Assembly: GCA_039818205.1 (NCBI GenBank)
Contig: JBCBUK010000005.1
Coordinates: 32,001-96,000, forward strand
Direction: 5' to 3'
DNA: 64,000 nt
DNA from: Verrucomicrobiota bacterium
Lineage (GTDB): Bacteria > Verrucomicrobiota > Verrucomicrobiia > Opitutales > Cerasicoccaceae
In this document: positions 1 through 9,672 of the stretch, one piece after another
Position numbering within the stretch: the first letter of the stretch is position 1
How the letters are laid out: each line of letters opens with the position of its first letter
Program-made: the position numbers and the translations under genes
The notes under the pieces: model-generated
Seen by the model: only the letters and a program-made list of their open reading frames with translations
Told to the model about the DNA's origin: nothing
Database searches by the model: none

Positions 1-563
1 AACGGGCTCTTTTGCGGGTCCAATGCCTGCAAAGCCAACTCGCCTTCCAGCATGCGGACGGCTTCATCCAACGAACGAACGGGAACCACATCGATGTCCT
101 CTACGAGCGCCGCTTCGTCCGCCGACTCCGGCGGCAGCATTATGCCTTGCTTACCCGTTTGACGCGCCATCATCGCCAAGGCTAAACCACCACGAATCGG
201 GCGCACTTTGCCCGATAAACTCAGCTCACCCGCAATGAGGTATTTTTCCATCACCCCCGCCAGCTTCTCGTCGCCAATCTGTCTGGTCGCGCCCAGCATA
301 CCGAGCGCAATCGGTAAATCATACATCGGCCCTTCCTTACGAATGTCGCCTGGCGCGAGGTTGATGGTCGTCCGCGTCTCAGGCGCCTTAAAACCGCTAT
401 TACTCAACGCCGATCGCACGCGATCCACCGATTCCTTCACCGCCGAGTCTGGCAAGCCCACCATAAATATCTTCGGATCTCCATGTTCACCAGCATTCAC
501 TTCTACCTGAACAGGATGCGCCTCAATGCCCAATAGGGCTCCAGATTGTATCGTCGCAAGCAT
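1..563 (-). CDS. comM: ComM/YifB family Mg-chelatase-like AAA+ ATPase, N-terminal part (runs off window start)
   Basis: Manual translation from ATG at 563 (not in ORF track): MLATIQSGALLGIEAHPVQVEV...MVGLPDSAVKESVDRVRSALSNSGF...TINLAPGDIRKEGPMYDLPIALGML, the typical YifB/ComM N-terminus. Confidence 0.92.
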   Translation of the reverse strand, partial: MLATIQSGALLGIEAHPVQVEVNAGEHGDPKIFMVGLPDSAVKESVDRVRSALSNSGFKAPETRTTINLAPGDIRKEGPMYDLPIALGMLGATRQIGDEKLAGVMEKYLIAGELSLSGKVRPIRGGLALAMMARQTGKQGIMLPPESADEAALVEDIDVVPVRSLDEAVRMLEGELALQALDPQKSP

Positions 564-690
564 ACTGCGTTTTATTACGGCCTATCCGATCCGCAGCAAG
601 CGATTATTTCACACTAAAAACTTCATGGGTCATTTCTCTACCCACGACGTTAGAAGAAACCCTGACGTCCAAGCAAATCTAGAAATGGTT

Positions 691-3600
691 CTATTCTGGC
701 TGGATTTGGACACGGATGAAGACGGAGTCGCCGCTATTGTCGGGTATCTCGATGGTAACGCGCTCCTTTCCTACAGTCGTGTCTTCTGTCGCTTCGTTGA
801 ACACGACCAACGGATCCCATTTGGCCAAGTCCGTCGAATACTCGTAGGCAACCAAGACGCCACGGTGATTTTTGCGTCGTTCGTAGATAAATCGGAACGT
901 GGAATCGGACGAGATATGCTCTATCTCAATTAACGCATTTGAGTCGGAACGGAGCGGGTCTTTGCCGAAGTAGAATTCCTTGATCATGCTCAAGCCATCG
1001 CCATCGAAATCGATATTCGGATTAGTGTTGTACTCGGACTCAAGCGCCGCGGGCAGGATGGTGCTTGGCCATGTTGCAAAATCGACATTGCTGTCTGGAG
1101 GGGCCAAAGTGGTGAATGACTCAGCTCCACTGAACACTCCACCTGCGCTGTTCTCTGCATACAAGCGATATTGATATGTTGTCTCTGCCAGCAAGCCAGT
1201 GATCGTTTGCGCGAAGATTCCCGTTTCATAACCAACGTCGATGGACGCCTCCCATCCTGTCTTCGTTTCTCCTTGATCGTTTTCTCCATAGAAGAGAATG
1301 ACGTGGGGCGTTTCTCCGCCCGTGCTGGTCACCTCGCCATGAATGTCTGCAGTGGTGGCAGTGAGGCCCATTTCAGCATGAGAAACGATACTTGGCTTAG
1401 TCGCTGGAGCGCTTTCGGTCAGGGTAACATCCCTCACACTGCCACCACCAGTATTCTTTGACAAACCGATGTAGCGAATGTCCGCGAAGCTGCCTGAGCC
1501 AACCATATCTGGGCCGCGAACAGAGACGCCTTCAACGAAGAATTCCATCGTCCAGGTGGCGGGGTCGGCGTCTGAGGCATCGAGCACTACACTTACCTCA
1601 ACATAGCCGAAGTCAGGAACCTGATCCGTCGGCACCGTTATTTGACCATTCTTGATCACACCAGTGTAAGTAAGCAGCGTTCGGTTATTCGCTTCACTGC
1701 GGACGAGGATGGACCCGTAGGGATTGACGTCAGCGATGTCCCATCGAGCATTCGCATTATACTGCGAATAACAAAGGGCGATGCCATCACCTCCCTGATT
1801 GGAAAGGATGTCTGCGCTCAAGGTGTAGATATTTCCGGCTGTCGGTGTCAGCGGTAGCCAGATGCCTTTTCGTTTTGTGCCTCCGCCTGATACGGCACCA
1901 TCAGCGAAGAAGTTGCTGTTAGAAGAATTGGCATTGTCCCAGACCTCGGCGCCGGGTGCGAAGTCGGGAGCAACTCCATGTATTTGCTGGCCACTCGGAC
2001 CGTTGAAGTAATGCAGGTAAACGAAGTCGTCTGAAGTTTTCGCAGTGAAATGTTGCGTTGAACTGCTCCAGCTTTCGCCGCCTTCATTGCTGACATGTAT
2101 TCGGTAATAGTAGACTTCGTTTGGAGCGAGGGAACTGAGGAATGTTGAGACGCTACCGTTACGATGTTCGCCAATGGAAACTGTGTTTGACCAGTTGCCA
2201 GCAACCTCGCCGCCATCATTCGTTCCATAGTAGAAGGTGACGGTCGTGGGCGCGTTGCCATCGTCGGTGATGCGACCTTTGATTCGCGCTGCGGTTGACG
2301 TAACCGCTCCAGCGGGACTGACTTCAACAATGGGCGAGCGAAGTTCCAGAGTCGTAAATGCTTCGGTGTTGCTGATGAAGGTGCCGCCTGCGCTATTGGT
2401 GGCATAAAAACGGTAGAAATACTCAGTATTGTGTGTGAGAGAGCTGAGCGTGTGGGAGAAGCTTCGCGATTGAATGCCCAGGTTGATCGCTCCGTCCCAA
2501 CCAGTGGTTGAGGCGCCTTGATCGGTTTCGCCGTAGAAGAGGGTAATGCTTGGTGACTGCCCACCCGTTGTAATTATTTCACCGTTTATTGTCGCTTCAT
2601 GGATCGTGATGTTCGTTTCCGAGTCAGTGGTAATCACGGGCAATTCAATTGCTGGCGGAACACCAGTTACCGTGATAGTGCCTCCGAGATCCCCGAAGAA
2701 CGGCGAGTAGTCGCGGCCGTTTAGATCGGTCAGGTCGATTGCGCTTGGATTCGTCGCGGTGTCCAGGGTGTAAGTGCCGGCGGCAAAGTAGTCTTTATCA
2801 ACGGTCAGGTCCGTGACGGCAACTTGACCACTGAGGACAAAGAAGTTTCCGTCGCCTACGATGTGCATCGCGAAGGATGCATCGCCAGACAGGATGTCTT
2901 GAGTGAGATCCACGGGACCTCCGGATTGCGTACTGCCACCGATGGTGAGTAGGCCGGTGAACCCGGTCATGTCCGCGCAATCGATCTCGGCAAGATTGGT
3001 TAAATCTTGAGTGCTGTTTGGTCGACGCCAGGTTAGCTCACCATCACCGACGATCCGGTTAGCGGCAATCTTCTGATTGGAACGGTTACCATTGTAAGTG
3101 ATGAGGCCCTGATGCACCGTGATGGTGTCGAAGGTGGCAGTATCGTCGCTGTTCTGTTGATACAGGGTACTGCCAGGAAAGAGGACGAGATCATTAAAGC
3201 TGATGGAATTGTAGATCCGGAGCTGGTTGCTGAGAATTAGCTGGTCGGCGTCGAAGCTCTCGCCGTCTAGCTGTCGGAAGCGCAGGTAGTCGTCCATGAT
3301 CGCAATGTCACCCGCGCCGGGGATCGTGCCGCGATCCCATGAGGCCGCGGTCATATCAACATTGTTTTGAATCGAAAAGAAAACCGACGATCCGGGGTTG
3401 GTCGTTGTCACGCTTTCAGTGTCTGACCAGGTGGTCCCACCAAAGTTTACTGCGCGGACACGATAGTAAATCGTTTCGTAGAGATTTAAACCCGACAGGG
3501 ATTGGCTGAAGCTTCCTGATTGGTATCCGAGGTCGGCAGAGTTGTCCCAATTGTTGGTGTTCGTTCCGCCGTCATTATCGCCATAGAAGATCGTAATGCT

Positions 3601-6600
3601 GGGCGTGTCTCCACTGGTGTCGTCGACTTGCGCATTGAGCGTGAGACTGTTGGCTGCAATGTCGCTAGACGGAAGAATGGAGATGACTGCGGGGTCGATT
3701 GGGGTGCTACTGCCAGTTCGGAAGGTGGCGGCAGTGGGAGAGAAGCTTTCACCGCCAGCATTCTCGGCATAGACACGGTAGTAATAGGTGGTCAGTTCGC
3801 TTAAGCCGGTGAGCGTGGTGTTGAAGCCGCCAGATCGGGTTCCCAAATCAACTACTCCATCCCATCCAGCCGTGGTCTCGCCGCGGTCCATGGTGCCGTA
3901 GTAGATCTTGATATTGGGATTCTCTCGGCCGGTGTCGATGACGGCACCTTTGACTCTGGCGTTGGTTGCGTTGATGCGATCCGGTGTTTGAACTTCTACG
4001 ATCGCTGGCTCCGGTACTTGGCCAACGAGGATGACGTTGTCCACGCCCATCCATCGGTTGGCGCTTTTTCCACTGACTTCCATCCATACGTATTTAACGT
4101 CGTTTGGGATGTCGTAGGTCCCGATGAAGGGGCCACTGCTACTGGTGGTGCTGCCAGTGATAAAGAACAGCTCCTGGACTTCAATGGTCCCGTCGTCCAG
4201 CTCCATATGAACTTTTGAGCGCAGGTAATTACTGCTGTTGTAGTTACCAGCGAAGACCTGCATCTCTGCGGCGATTCGGCAATTCGAGAAGGCGCTGACG
4301 TCAATCGGATCACTGAAATACCACCATCTCGTGCTACTGAAACCGGTTCGTGTATCCACAATATAGGCTTCTTGTTCTGCGATCGGGTCAACCGGAGCAT
4401 TCAACTTCGTAATGCCGGTTATGACGCCGGTACCATCCGTGTCATTTTCGGTGGTGAATGACCAGAAAGGAATCTCTCGGTTGGGTGCGGTTGATTCGGT
4501 ATAATGGATTTCTCCCGAACCGGTTACCAGACCTTCTCCCATTCCGGTAAAGTCTTGCGCTGCGATAATAACGTGATTGTCGAGGCCGCTGAGTTCCGCC
4601 CGTGCTAACATCGCGTCATTGACTGAGATAACCTCCACAGCAAATGAATCCTGATTCGCATCACCACTTGCTCCCTCGACGGTCATAACTACAAAGTGCT
4701 CACCGACCGCGAGATCGACATAAGGATTCGCTCCTGAAGCAACTACCTGCCCATCAATTTCCCAAGTAATGCTAGTTGGAGTGACGCCATTGCTACCACT
4801 TTCACTTCCATCGAATTGAACCAGGCAGCTACCACTGCTGTCATAATCAACAACGACTTGATCCAAACCAGCGACTGCGTTTGGTGCGGCTGGATTATCT
4901 CCTCCAATGACATCGACTGCAAATTGGCTTTGTGCGGTGTTGCCGTTAAAGTCAGTCGTTGTCAACGTGATGACATGAAATCCGGTTGGGATTTCTGCCG
5001 TTTGAATGGCATCTGAGCCAGTGGAAATTAAGTCACCATTTGCAAAGGTCCAAGTATATGTCTGGATCGCGATGTTGTCGGTGCTGCCACTTCCGTCGAG
5101 GGTGACGGTTGCAGTTCCACCTAGGTCATCATCGATAACGACGACATTCAGGCCTGCGTTGGCAACCGGATTTTCTGAGTCACCAGCAGCGGATAAAGTC
5201 GAAAAGGTGACTGGCTGCGGCGTCCAAAATTCCAACATGGCGCCAACGGGATTCTGAACATGTGCGCGAGCATAGTAATTGTTGTCCGGCAATAGTCCTT
5301 CGATCAAAACTTCACGTGCTTCCAGTTTGTCGGAGAGCGAATAGGTGATGCTGTGATCCCAGTTTGCGGGATTCGTTCCGCCGTCGGTCTCTCCGTAGTA
5401 AACCGTTAAGACAGAGCCAACGGGGCCTGCCTTGGCCAAGTGTCCATCTAGGAGAGCGGAAATGCCGTCAACGTTTTGGATCACGAGCATCGCAGAAGGA
5501 CTTTCGGTCACTTGGACAAGGGCATTTTGGCGAGCAAGTGTGAATTGCCCGGTCAGGGTTTGTGGATTCACTTTGTTGACGTGGGACCACATTTGGACGC
5601 TGTCGATGTAGCCGGGAAAGCGGGTGTCCGTGTCGAGTACGTCGCTGGTGATCGAGCCAATGCCGATATGGAATCCGCGCGTGTCCAGGGTGACATTTCC
5701 CAAAGCACTGCCGTGATTACCGTTGGAAATTAACCAAACATTCTGTTCGGGGTCATAAAGGTGGAGTAAGGTTTTCTCATTGTCCGAATAATTTCGCCGG
5801 CGCTCGAACATGATGAAGTAGTCTTTTCCTGCTTCGAGGAAAATGTCGGGACGGCCCAATGAATCATTCATGGCATAGATGGGGTCGATGCTATTGCCCC
5901 AATTGGCCGCTTCGAAGAAAAGCGTGTTCTTCCATTCGCCATTAACATCCAGTCGGCGGACACCGAAATCAAAATCGTAAAGAGCTGAAAAAACGACAAA
6001 GTGGGAATCGCTGTCGGGCAGGGTGTCGTTGAGGCGAACCCAAGCAGACGTGATATAACTGCCGTCACGAATGCGGTCTTCAATGCGTCCGCTGGTTTCG
6101 CGATCAACGAGATGTGGGTTGTCCGCGAAGACCCAGGCCTCGTTGGCATTGAGGCTGTAGTTGCTATAGGGAGCAATGCCTACATTGGACCACCCGGCAG
6201 GGTCACTCATTTGCGCATCAGCTGAAAAGCTATTCATACCATGGTTTGGAACGGAGGCGCCAGAGCCGATTTCTAATTTATAATGAATCCCCTGATCCTC
6301 GTGGTCAGGGAACGGCGCTGGGTTGGGGCCGAGGATGGTGGCGGGATCTGCCGTAAAGTCATGTGAGTGATAAACCGGCACCAATCCATTCGCGCTCTGG
6401 TAGGGGATCAATGTGTCCTCAATAAATTCAAACACTTCTTCTGCTTCGCCATAGCGGCTGTCATCCCAAGTGACGATGGTATCAAAGCCAGTTGATAGCA
6501 TGGCACTGAAGCCCGGGTAAAAAGGCAATAATTCCTCTTCGGTTCCACGCCATAATGGATGATCCACTAAGGTGTACCAGTCGTATAGCTCATCCATGAA

Positions 6601-8994
6601 ACCTTGTTCTCCATCTAATCCCCTTAGGCGTGGATTGCTGTAACGGCTGAGTGCGCTGTTGATGTCATTGGCGATTGTGCCCAGTTCTTCGAGGTCGAAC
6701 GTGTCAACCAGAGCCTTCAAGGTCTGTCTTTCATGGACGTGACCGCCCGCGCCCTGATAGCCCTGATCTCTCTCGTAAACGCCGCCGGACAGATCGTCGC
6801 CCAAGATATTGAGGATTGCTTGAAATTCGGAATCGCTGATATGATAGCGAATGCTGTTTACATCGCTCTTAATGTGCCCGACCATTGCGTTGCGGGCAGG
6901 ATTGTTGACCATCCTGACGAAGCATTCCAAGAGTTCCATATAATGTGGAGCCAGGTCAGCGCCGCTGAGGCGACTAAGGGCCTTGTAGGCGCCAACTCGA
7001 ACATACCAGACGTATTCGTATTCGAGTAAAGGGAGTAGTGCATCGGTGTTGTCGCGCACGATATCGACAGGCACCTTGATCATGGCCCAGGTCGCGGCAT
7101 CCAGCTCCCAATGGTCGGAATCGGGATCTCTCAGAATGCTGAGTACGTAAGGCGCCATGCGGCGGTAGTCGTCCTCATCGTAATCATAATCGGTAAAATC
7201 TGCGGTATAAAAAGGCTCTAGGCCGGTAATCGCTTTTAGGCCCGCAGTTCGGACGCGGGCATCATCGCTCTCGATAGCTTCGATGATCATATCTACCGCC
7301 GGATCGGTTAGATCGTTGTCGGGATCTCCATCGGAGTTGAGAGGGCTGAGGTTGTCGTCATTTGCCAGATGGCCAAGCGCTATGGATGCGTGGTAGCGAA
7401 CCTTGGGGTGCCAATGCCGCATGTGCTTGTGGATGTTTTCAACAGTGCCGTTGTTGATCCATTCACCCATCCAGGAACCATAGTCACTATCTTCATAACC
7501 CTCGGCATGCGTGATGAGGAAGTACTCGTGATGCTTGGGAATGACTTCAGGGACATGCCGGATCACACTGTGCTCGGTTGGTGGGGCACCAGTCATGCGC
7601 AGATTGTTGCGTGCCGCTACGTAGTTAAGCCCGACCATGGCGCCCCAGGCATCATCGTCATAGCGAGTCGAATCGAATGCTGGAAGTAAGGTAAACGTTC
7701 CATCGTAGTCACGGCAAAGTTCAAAATACCAGCGCATGGTGTCCATCATGTAGCGATAGGAGCCCTCATGCTCATTCAATCCGCTGGTAATGGCGCGCCA
7801 AAGGACGTTGCCGAAGTTGCCGGAGTGTCCACCTTCAAAGGCATCCGCGTTGTAGCCGTCCATTGCGCCAATCATCTTGGCAGCAGAAGCATAGGGCTCA
7901 TTGAGCATCGAGATACCAGCACCTGCGAGAGACAGTTTACCATTCACAGCGCCGCCTTCGTTATAGCGGTGGTCACCATAGATTGGGGCGCCGACTCCCG
8001 CAGTTTGGTAATAATACCGGAGCGATTTTTCGAAATCTTCATCACTAATAGTTACGCCACACTCGCGGGAAAGCGCCACTCCCGTAAAGACTTGCCCACC
8101 GACTGCATTGACCAAGCCACTGCCCACGTAATCGGCCTTCACAAATCCCGTCTGGCCCACACTCCAACCATGGCCCCATCCACCCACTGATTCGGTGGCA
8201 AAAGCATGATTCACGTCGTTCTGCAGATTGGGTAGGACAGCGGTGTCTCCGGTGCGGATGTAATACTCGGCAACGGCGATGGTCTTGAGTGAGCCATACC
8301 AGTTGTTTGTCCTGCCGGTGTTGCTTCCGGTGCTGATTGTTTCGGTCCCCAAGCTACCCATCAAGGTCCTGACGGCATCAAGGTGCTGCTCTTCACCAGT
8401 GGAGAGGAGAAAGAGTGTCATGAAGGAGGCCATGTGGCCACCTGTCTCCCAAGTAAGCCCGGAGTTGATTGAACCGACATAACGATCCGCCGTTTGCTGA
8501 ATGATGAGATCCGATTTCGGACAGCTATCCGGCCAAGTCGCGCTGTAGGCAGTGTTGGTGATCGCTAGCTGAATGGTGTAGTCCGAGCGATTTCCATTTC
8601 GTTCGATATCAAAAGTGATCTCCCCGTTACCGGCTTCCGAGTCGGTGATGGCATTACCTAAGGCCACTCGCGGGTCATGGTGAGTTCCGTTCCCTATTGA
8701 GGTGAAATAGCTATCGGAAAGGCTGTCGCCATTGACCTTCCAAATGATGTCGCCGACTTCAATGACGCCATTCGCCGGACCACCCGACTGAACCTTGCTA
8801 ACAACCACAAAATCGTCACCCGAATCCCAATCGGCGTAGAAACCTGTCGGGCCTACTTGGAATGGATGGTTGCTAACAGCCAATAGCGCCTGACCTCCGA
8901 AGAAATTGATGATGGCCAAAATCAGTAGTCTGCTAACGTATTTCACAAGGATGTCCCTTAGTCTACTACCAGTATATGAATGGAAGGCCTGCAT
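691..8994 (-). CDS. Giant secreted multidomain protein: PDZ-like + DUF6288-like domain, HEAT-like repeats, LamG-like domain, 2 PKD-like domains, 6 FN3-like repeats, C-terminal DxDGDG segment
   Basis: 2767-aa ORF; hydrophobic signal-like N-terminus; GPTG...GPANGVIEVGDII..VNG (PDZ-like); YSATWPDSCPKS; NPVANAG..LDGSGS (PKD); six repeats of YG..D.G....W...YYR..A.N..G; real start may be GTG at 8946. Confidence 0.85.
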   Translation of the reverse strand: MQAFHSYTGSRLRDILVKYVSRLLILAIINFFGGQALLAVSNHPFQVGPTGFYADWDSGDDFVVVSKVQSGGPANGVIEVGDIIWKVNGDSLSDSYFTSIGNGTHHDPRVALGNAITDSEAGNGEITFDIERNGNRSDYTIQLAITNTAYSATWPDSCPKSDLIIQQTADRYVGSINSGLTWETGGHMASFMTLFLLSTGEEQHLDAVRTLMGSLGTETISTGSNTGRTNNWYGSLKTIAVAEYYIRTGDTAVLPNLQNDVNHAFATESVGGWGHGWSVGQTGFVKADYVGSGLVNAVGGQVFTGVALSRECGVTISDEDFEKSLRYYYQTAGVGAPIYGDHRYNEGGAVNGKLSLAGAGISMLNEPYASAAKMIGAMDGYNADAFEGGHSGNFGNVLWRAITSGLNEHEGSYRYMMDTMRWYFELCRDYDGTFTLLPAFDSTRYDDDAWGAMVGLNYVAARNNLRMTGAPPTEHSVIRHVPEVIPKHHEYFLITHAEGYEDSDYGSWMGEWINNGTVENIHKHMRHWHPKVRYHASIALGHLANDDNLSPLNSDGDPDNDLTDPAVDMIIEAIESDDARVRTAGLKAITGLEPFYTADFTDYDYDEDDYRRMAPYVLSILRDPDSDHWELDAATWAMIKVPVDIVRDNTDALLPLLEYEYVWYVRVGAYKALSRLSGADLAPHYMELLECFVRMVNNPARNAMVGHIKSDVNSIRYHISDSEFQAILNILGDDLSGGVYERDQGYQGAGGHVHERQTLKALVDTFDLEELGTIANDINSALSRYSNPRLRGLDGEQGFMDELYDWYTLVDHPLWRGTEEELLPFYPGFSAMLSTGFDTIVTWDDSRYGEAEEVFEFIEDTLIPYQSANGLVPVYHSHDFTADPATILGPNPAPFPDHEDQGIHYKLEIGSGASVPNHGMNSFSADAQMSDPAGWSNVGIAPYSNYSLNANEAWVFADNPHLVDRETSGRIEDRIRDGSYITSAWVRLNDTLPDSDSHFVVFSALYDFDFGVRRLDVNGEWKNTLFFEAANWGNSIDPIYAMNDSLGRPDIFLEAGKDYFIMFERRRNYSDNEKTLLHLYDPEQNVWLISNGNHGSALGNVTLDTRGFHIGIGSITSDVLDTDTRFPGYIDSVQMWSHVNKVNPQTLTGQFTLARQNALVQVTESPSAMLVIQNVDGISALLDGHLAKAGPVGSVLTVYYGETDGGTNPANWDHSITYSLSDKLEAREVLIEGLLPDNNYYARAHVQNPVGAMLEFWTPQPVTFSTLSAAGDSENPVANAGLNVVVIDDDLGGTATVTLDGSGSTDNIAIQTYTWTFANGDLISTGSDAIQTAEIPTGFHVITLTTTDFNGNTAQSQFAVDVIGGDNPAAPNAVAGLDQVVVDYDSSGSCLVQFDGSESGSNGVTPTSITWEIDGQVVASGANPYVDLAVGEHFVVMTVEGASGDANQDSFAVEVISVNDAMLARAELSGLDNHVIIAAQDFTGMGEGLVTGSGEIHYTESTAPNREIPFWSFTTENDTDGTGVITGITKLNAPVDPIAEQEAYIVDTRTGFSSTRWWYFSDPIDVSAFSNCRIAAEMQVFAGNYNSSNYLRSKVHMELDDGTIEVQELFFITGSTTSSSGPFIGTYDIPNDVKYVWMEVSGKSANRWMGVDNVILVGQVPEPAIVEVQTPDRINATNARVKGAVIDTGRENPNIKIYYGTMDRGETTAGWDGVVDLGTRSGGFNTTLTGLSELTTYYYRVYAENAGGESFSPTAATFRTGSSTPIDPAVISILPSSDIAANSLTLNAQVDDTSGDTPSITIFYGDNDGGTNTNNWDNSADLGYQSGSFSQSLSGLNLYETIYYRVRAVNFGGTTWSDTESVTTTNPGSSVFFSIQNNVDMTAASWDRGTIPGAGDIAIMDDYLRFRQLDGESFDADQLILSNQLRIYNSISFNDLVLFPGSTLYQQNSDDTATFDTITVHQGLITYNGNRSNQKIAANRIVGDGELTWRRPNSTQDLTNLAEIDCADMTGFTGLLTIGGSTQSGGPVDLTQDILSGDASFAMHIVGDGNFFVLSGQVAVTDLTVDKDYFAAGTYTLDTATNPSAIDLTDLNGRDYSPFFGDLGGTITVTGVPPAIELPVITTDSETNITIHEATINGEIITTGGQSPSITLFYGETDQGASTTGWDGAINLGIQSRSFSHTLSSLTHNTEYFYRFYATNSAGGTFISNTEAFTTLELRSPIVEVSPAGAVTSTAARIKGRITDDGNAPTTVTFYYGTNDGGEVAGNWSNTVSIGEHRNGSVSTFLSSLAPNEVYYYRIHVSNEGGESWSSSTQHFTAKTSDDFVYLHYFNGPSGQQIHGVAPDFAPGAEVWDNANSSNSNFFADGAVSGGGTKRKGIWLPLTPTAGNIYTLSADILSNQGGDGIALCYSQYNANARWDIADVNPYGSILVRSEANNRTLLTYTGVIKNGQITVPTDQVPDFGYVEVSVVLDASDADPATWTMEFFVEGVSVRGPDMVGSGSFADIRYIGLSKNTGGGSVRDVTLTESAPATKPSIVSHAEMGLTATTADIHGEVTSTGGETPHVILFYGENDQGETKTGWEASIDVGYETGIFAQTITGLLAETTYQYRLYAENSAGGVFSGAESFTTLAPPDSNVDFATWPSTILPAALESEYNTNPNIDFDGDGLSMIKEFYFGKDPLRSDSNALIEIEHISSDSTFRFIYERRKNHRGVLVAYEYSTDLAKWDPLVVFNEATEDTTVGKERVTIEIPDNSGDSVFIRVQIQPE

Positions 8995-9145
8995 CCTCAG
9001 TAGTGAAGATCACCTCAATCAAACTGGGTAGACCTTCCGAGAATGAAGATGAAACCTCCCCTTTCAATTTGAAACAGCCTATGACCATCATCTTTTACAT
9101 TTAGTTCGCTAGTTTGGGATCGCGATGGCTATCTAAGAAGAAATT

Positions 9146-9306
9146 GATAAGCCCAATGGGACTTCCGAGTCGTCGCAGTCCTGAAAAAATGAGTTTTGGG
9201 AGCGGTACTCCCCCTTGAATTGGCCAATTGCCAATGAGAGTATTTTCGGTCAATTACACCGAAAACTCATATGAAAAAAGGATGTCGCACGACTGGGCAG
9301 ATTATC
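9146..9306. ncRNA. Candidate structured non-coding RNA (rod with A-rich bubble and multibranch top)
   Basis: Nested complementary segments found by eye: 9146-50/9302-06, 9151-54/9295-98, 9168-73/9289-94, 9178-82/9279-83, 9189-97/9262-70, plus three internal hairpins. Confidence 0.4.
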
Positions 9307-9516
9307 CATTTACTTCGCGCCAATGCGCAAAATCCAAAGAATCCCACTGAGCGTTTTTGAGCAGGTCCGCCCACGGACGATCGCGCCCGTCTGCTCGTGC
9401 CGAATCTTCCGGGATAAACTGTTCCAAGTACTCCTATTCACTCTCACTCAAATCCATCCATTGATCAACGAGATCAACGATCCAATAGTACAAGAATTAT
9501 CTATGAGATGGCCCCT

Positions 9517-9560
9517 AAGCGCCCTTACCAGTTCAAGGTAAGGGCGCTTCTCGTTCTTCT
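9517..9560 (+). terminator. Perfect 13-bp hairpin, probable intrinsic terminator
   Basis: AAGCGCCCTTACC-agttcaa-GGTAAGGGCGCTT followed by a T/C-rich tract. Confidence 0.6.
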
Positions 9561-9672
9561 TATGAGGTACCCTCGATTAAGCCAATACATAGCTGATAAT
9601 CAGACAGCTGACCACTGACTACACTCGCGTTTTTCATCGCCATCAAGCGGCTAAAAAAGCATATTGATAATC

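Noticed and set aside
23..933. Plus-strand ORFs here and the many short overlapping ORFs across the track
   Set aside because: They are antisense or alternate-frame shadows of well-supported genes such as comM and the giant protein
9323..9541. 72-aa ORF before the strong hairpin
   Set aside because: No recognisable motif or ribosome-binding site, and it runs into the hairpin; not supportable
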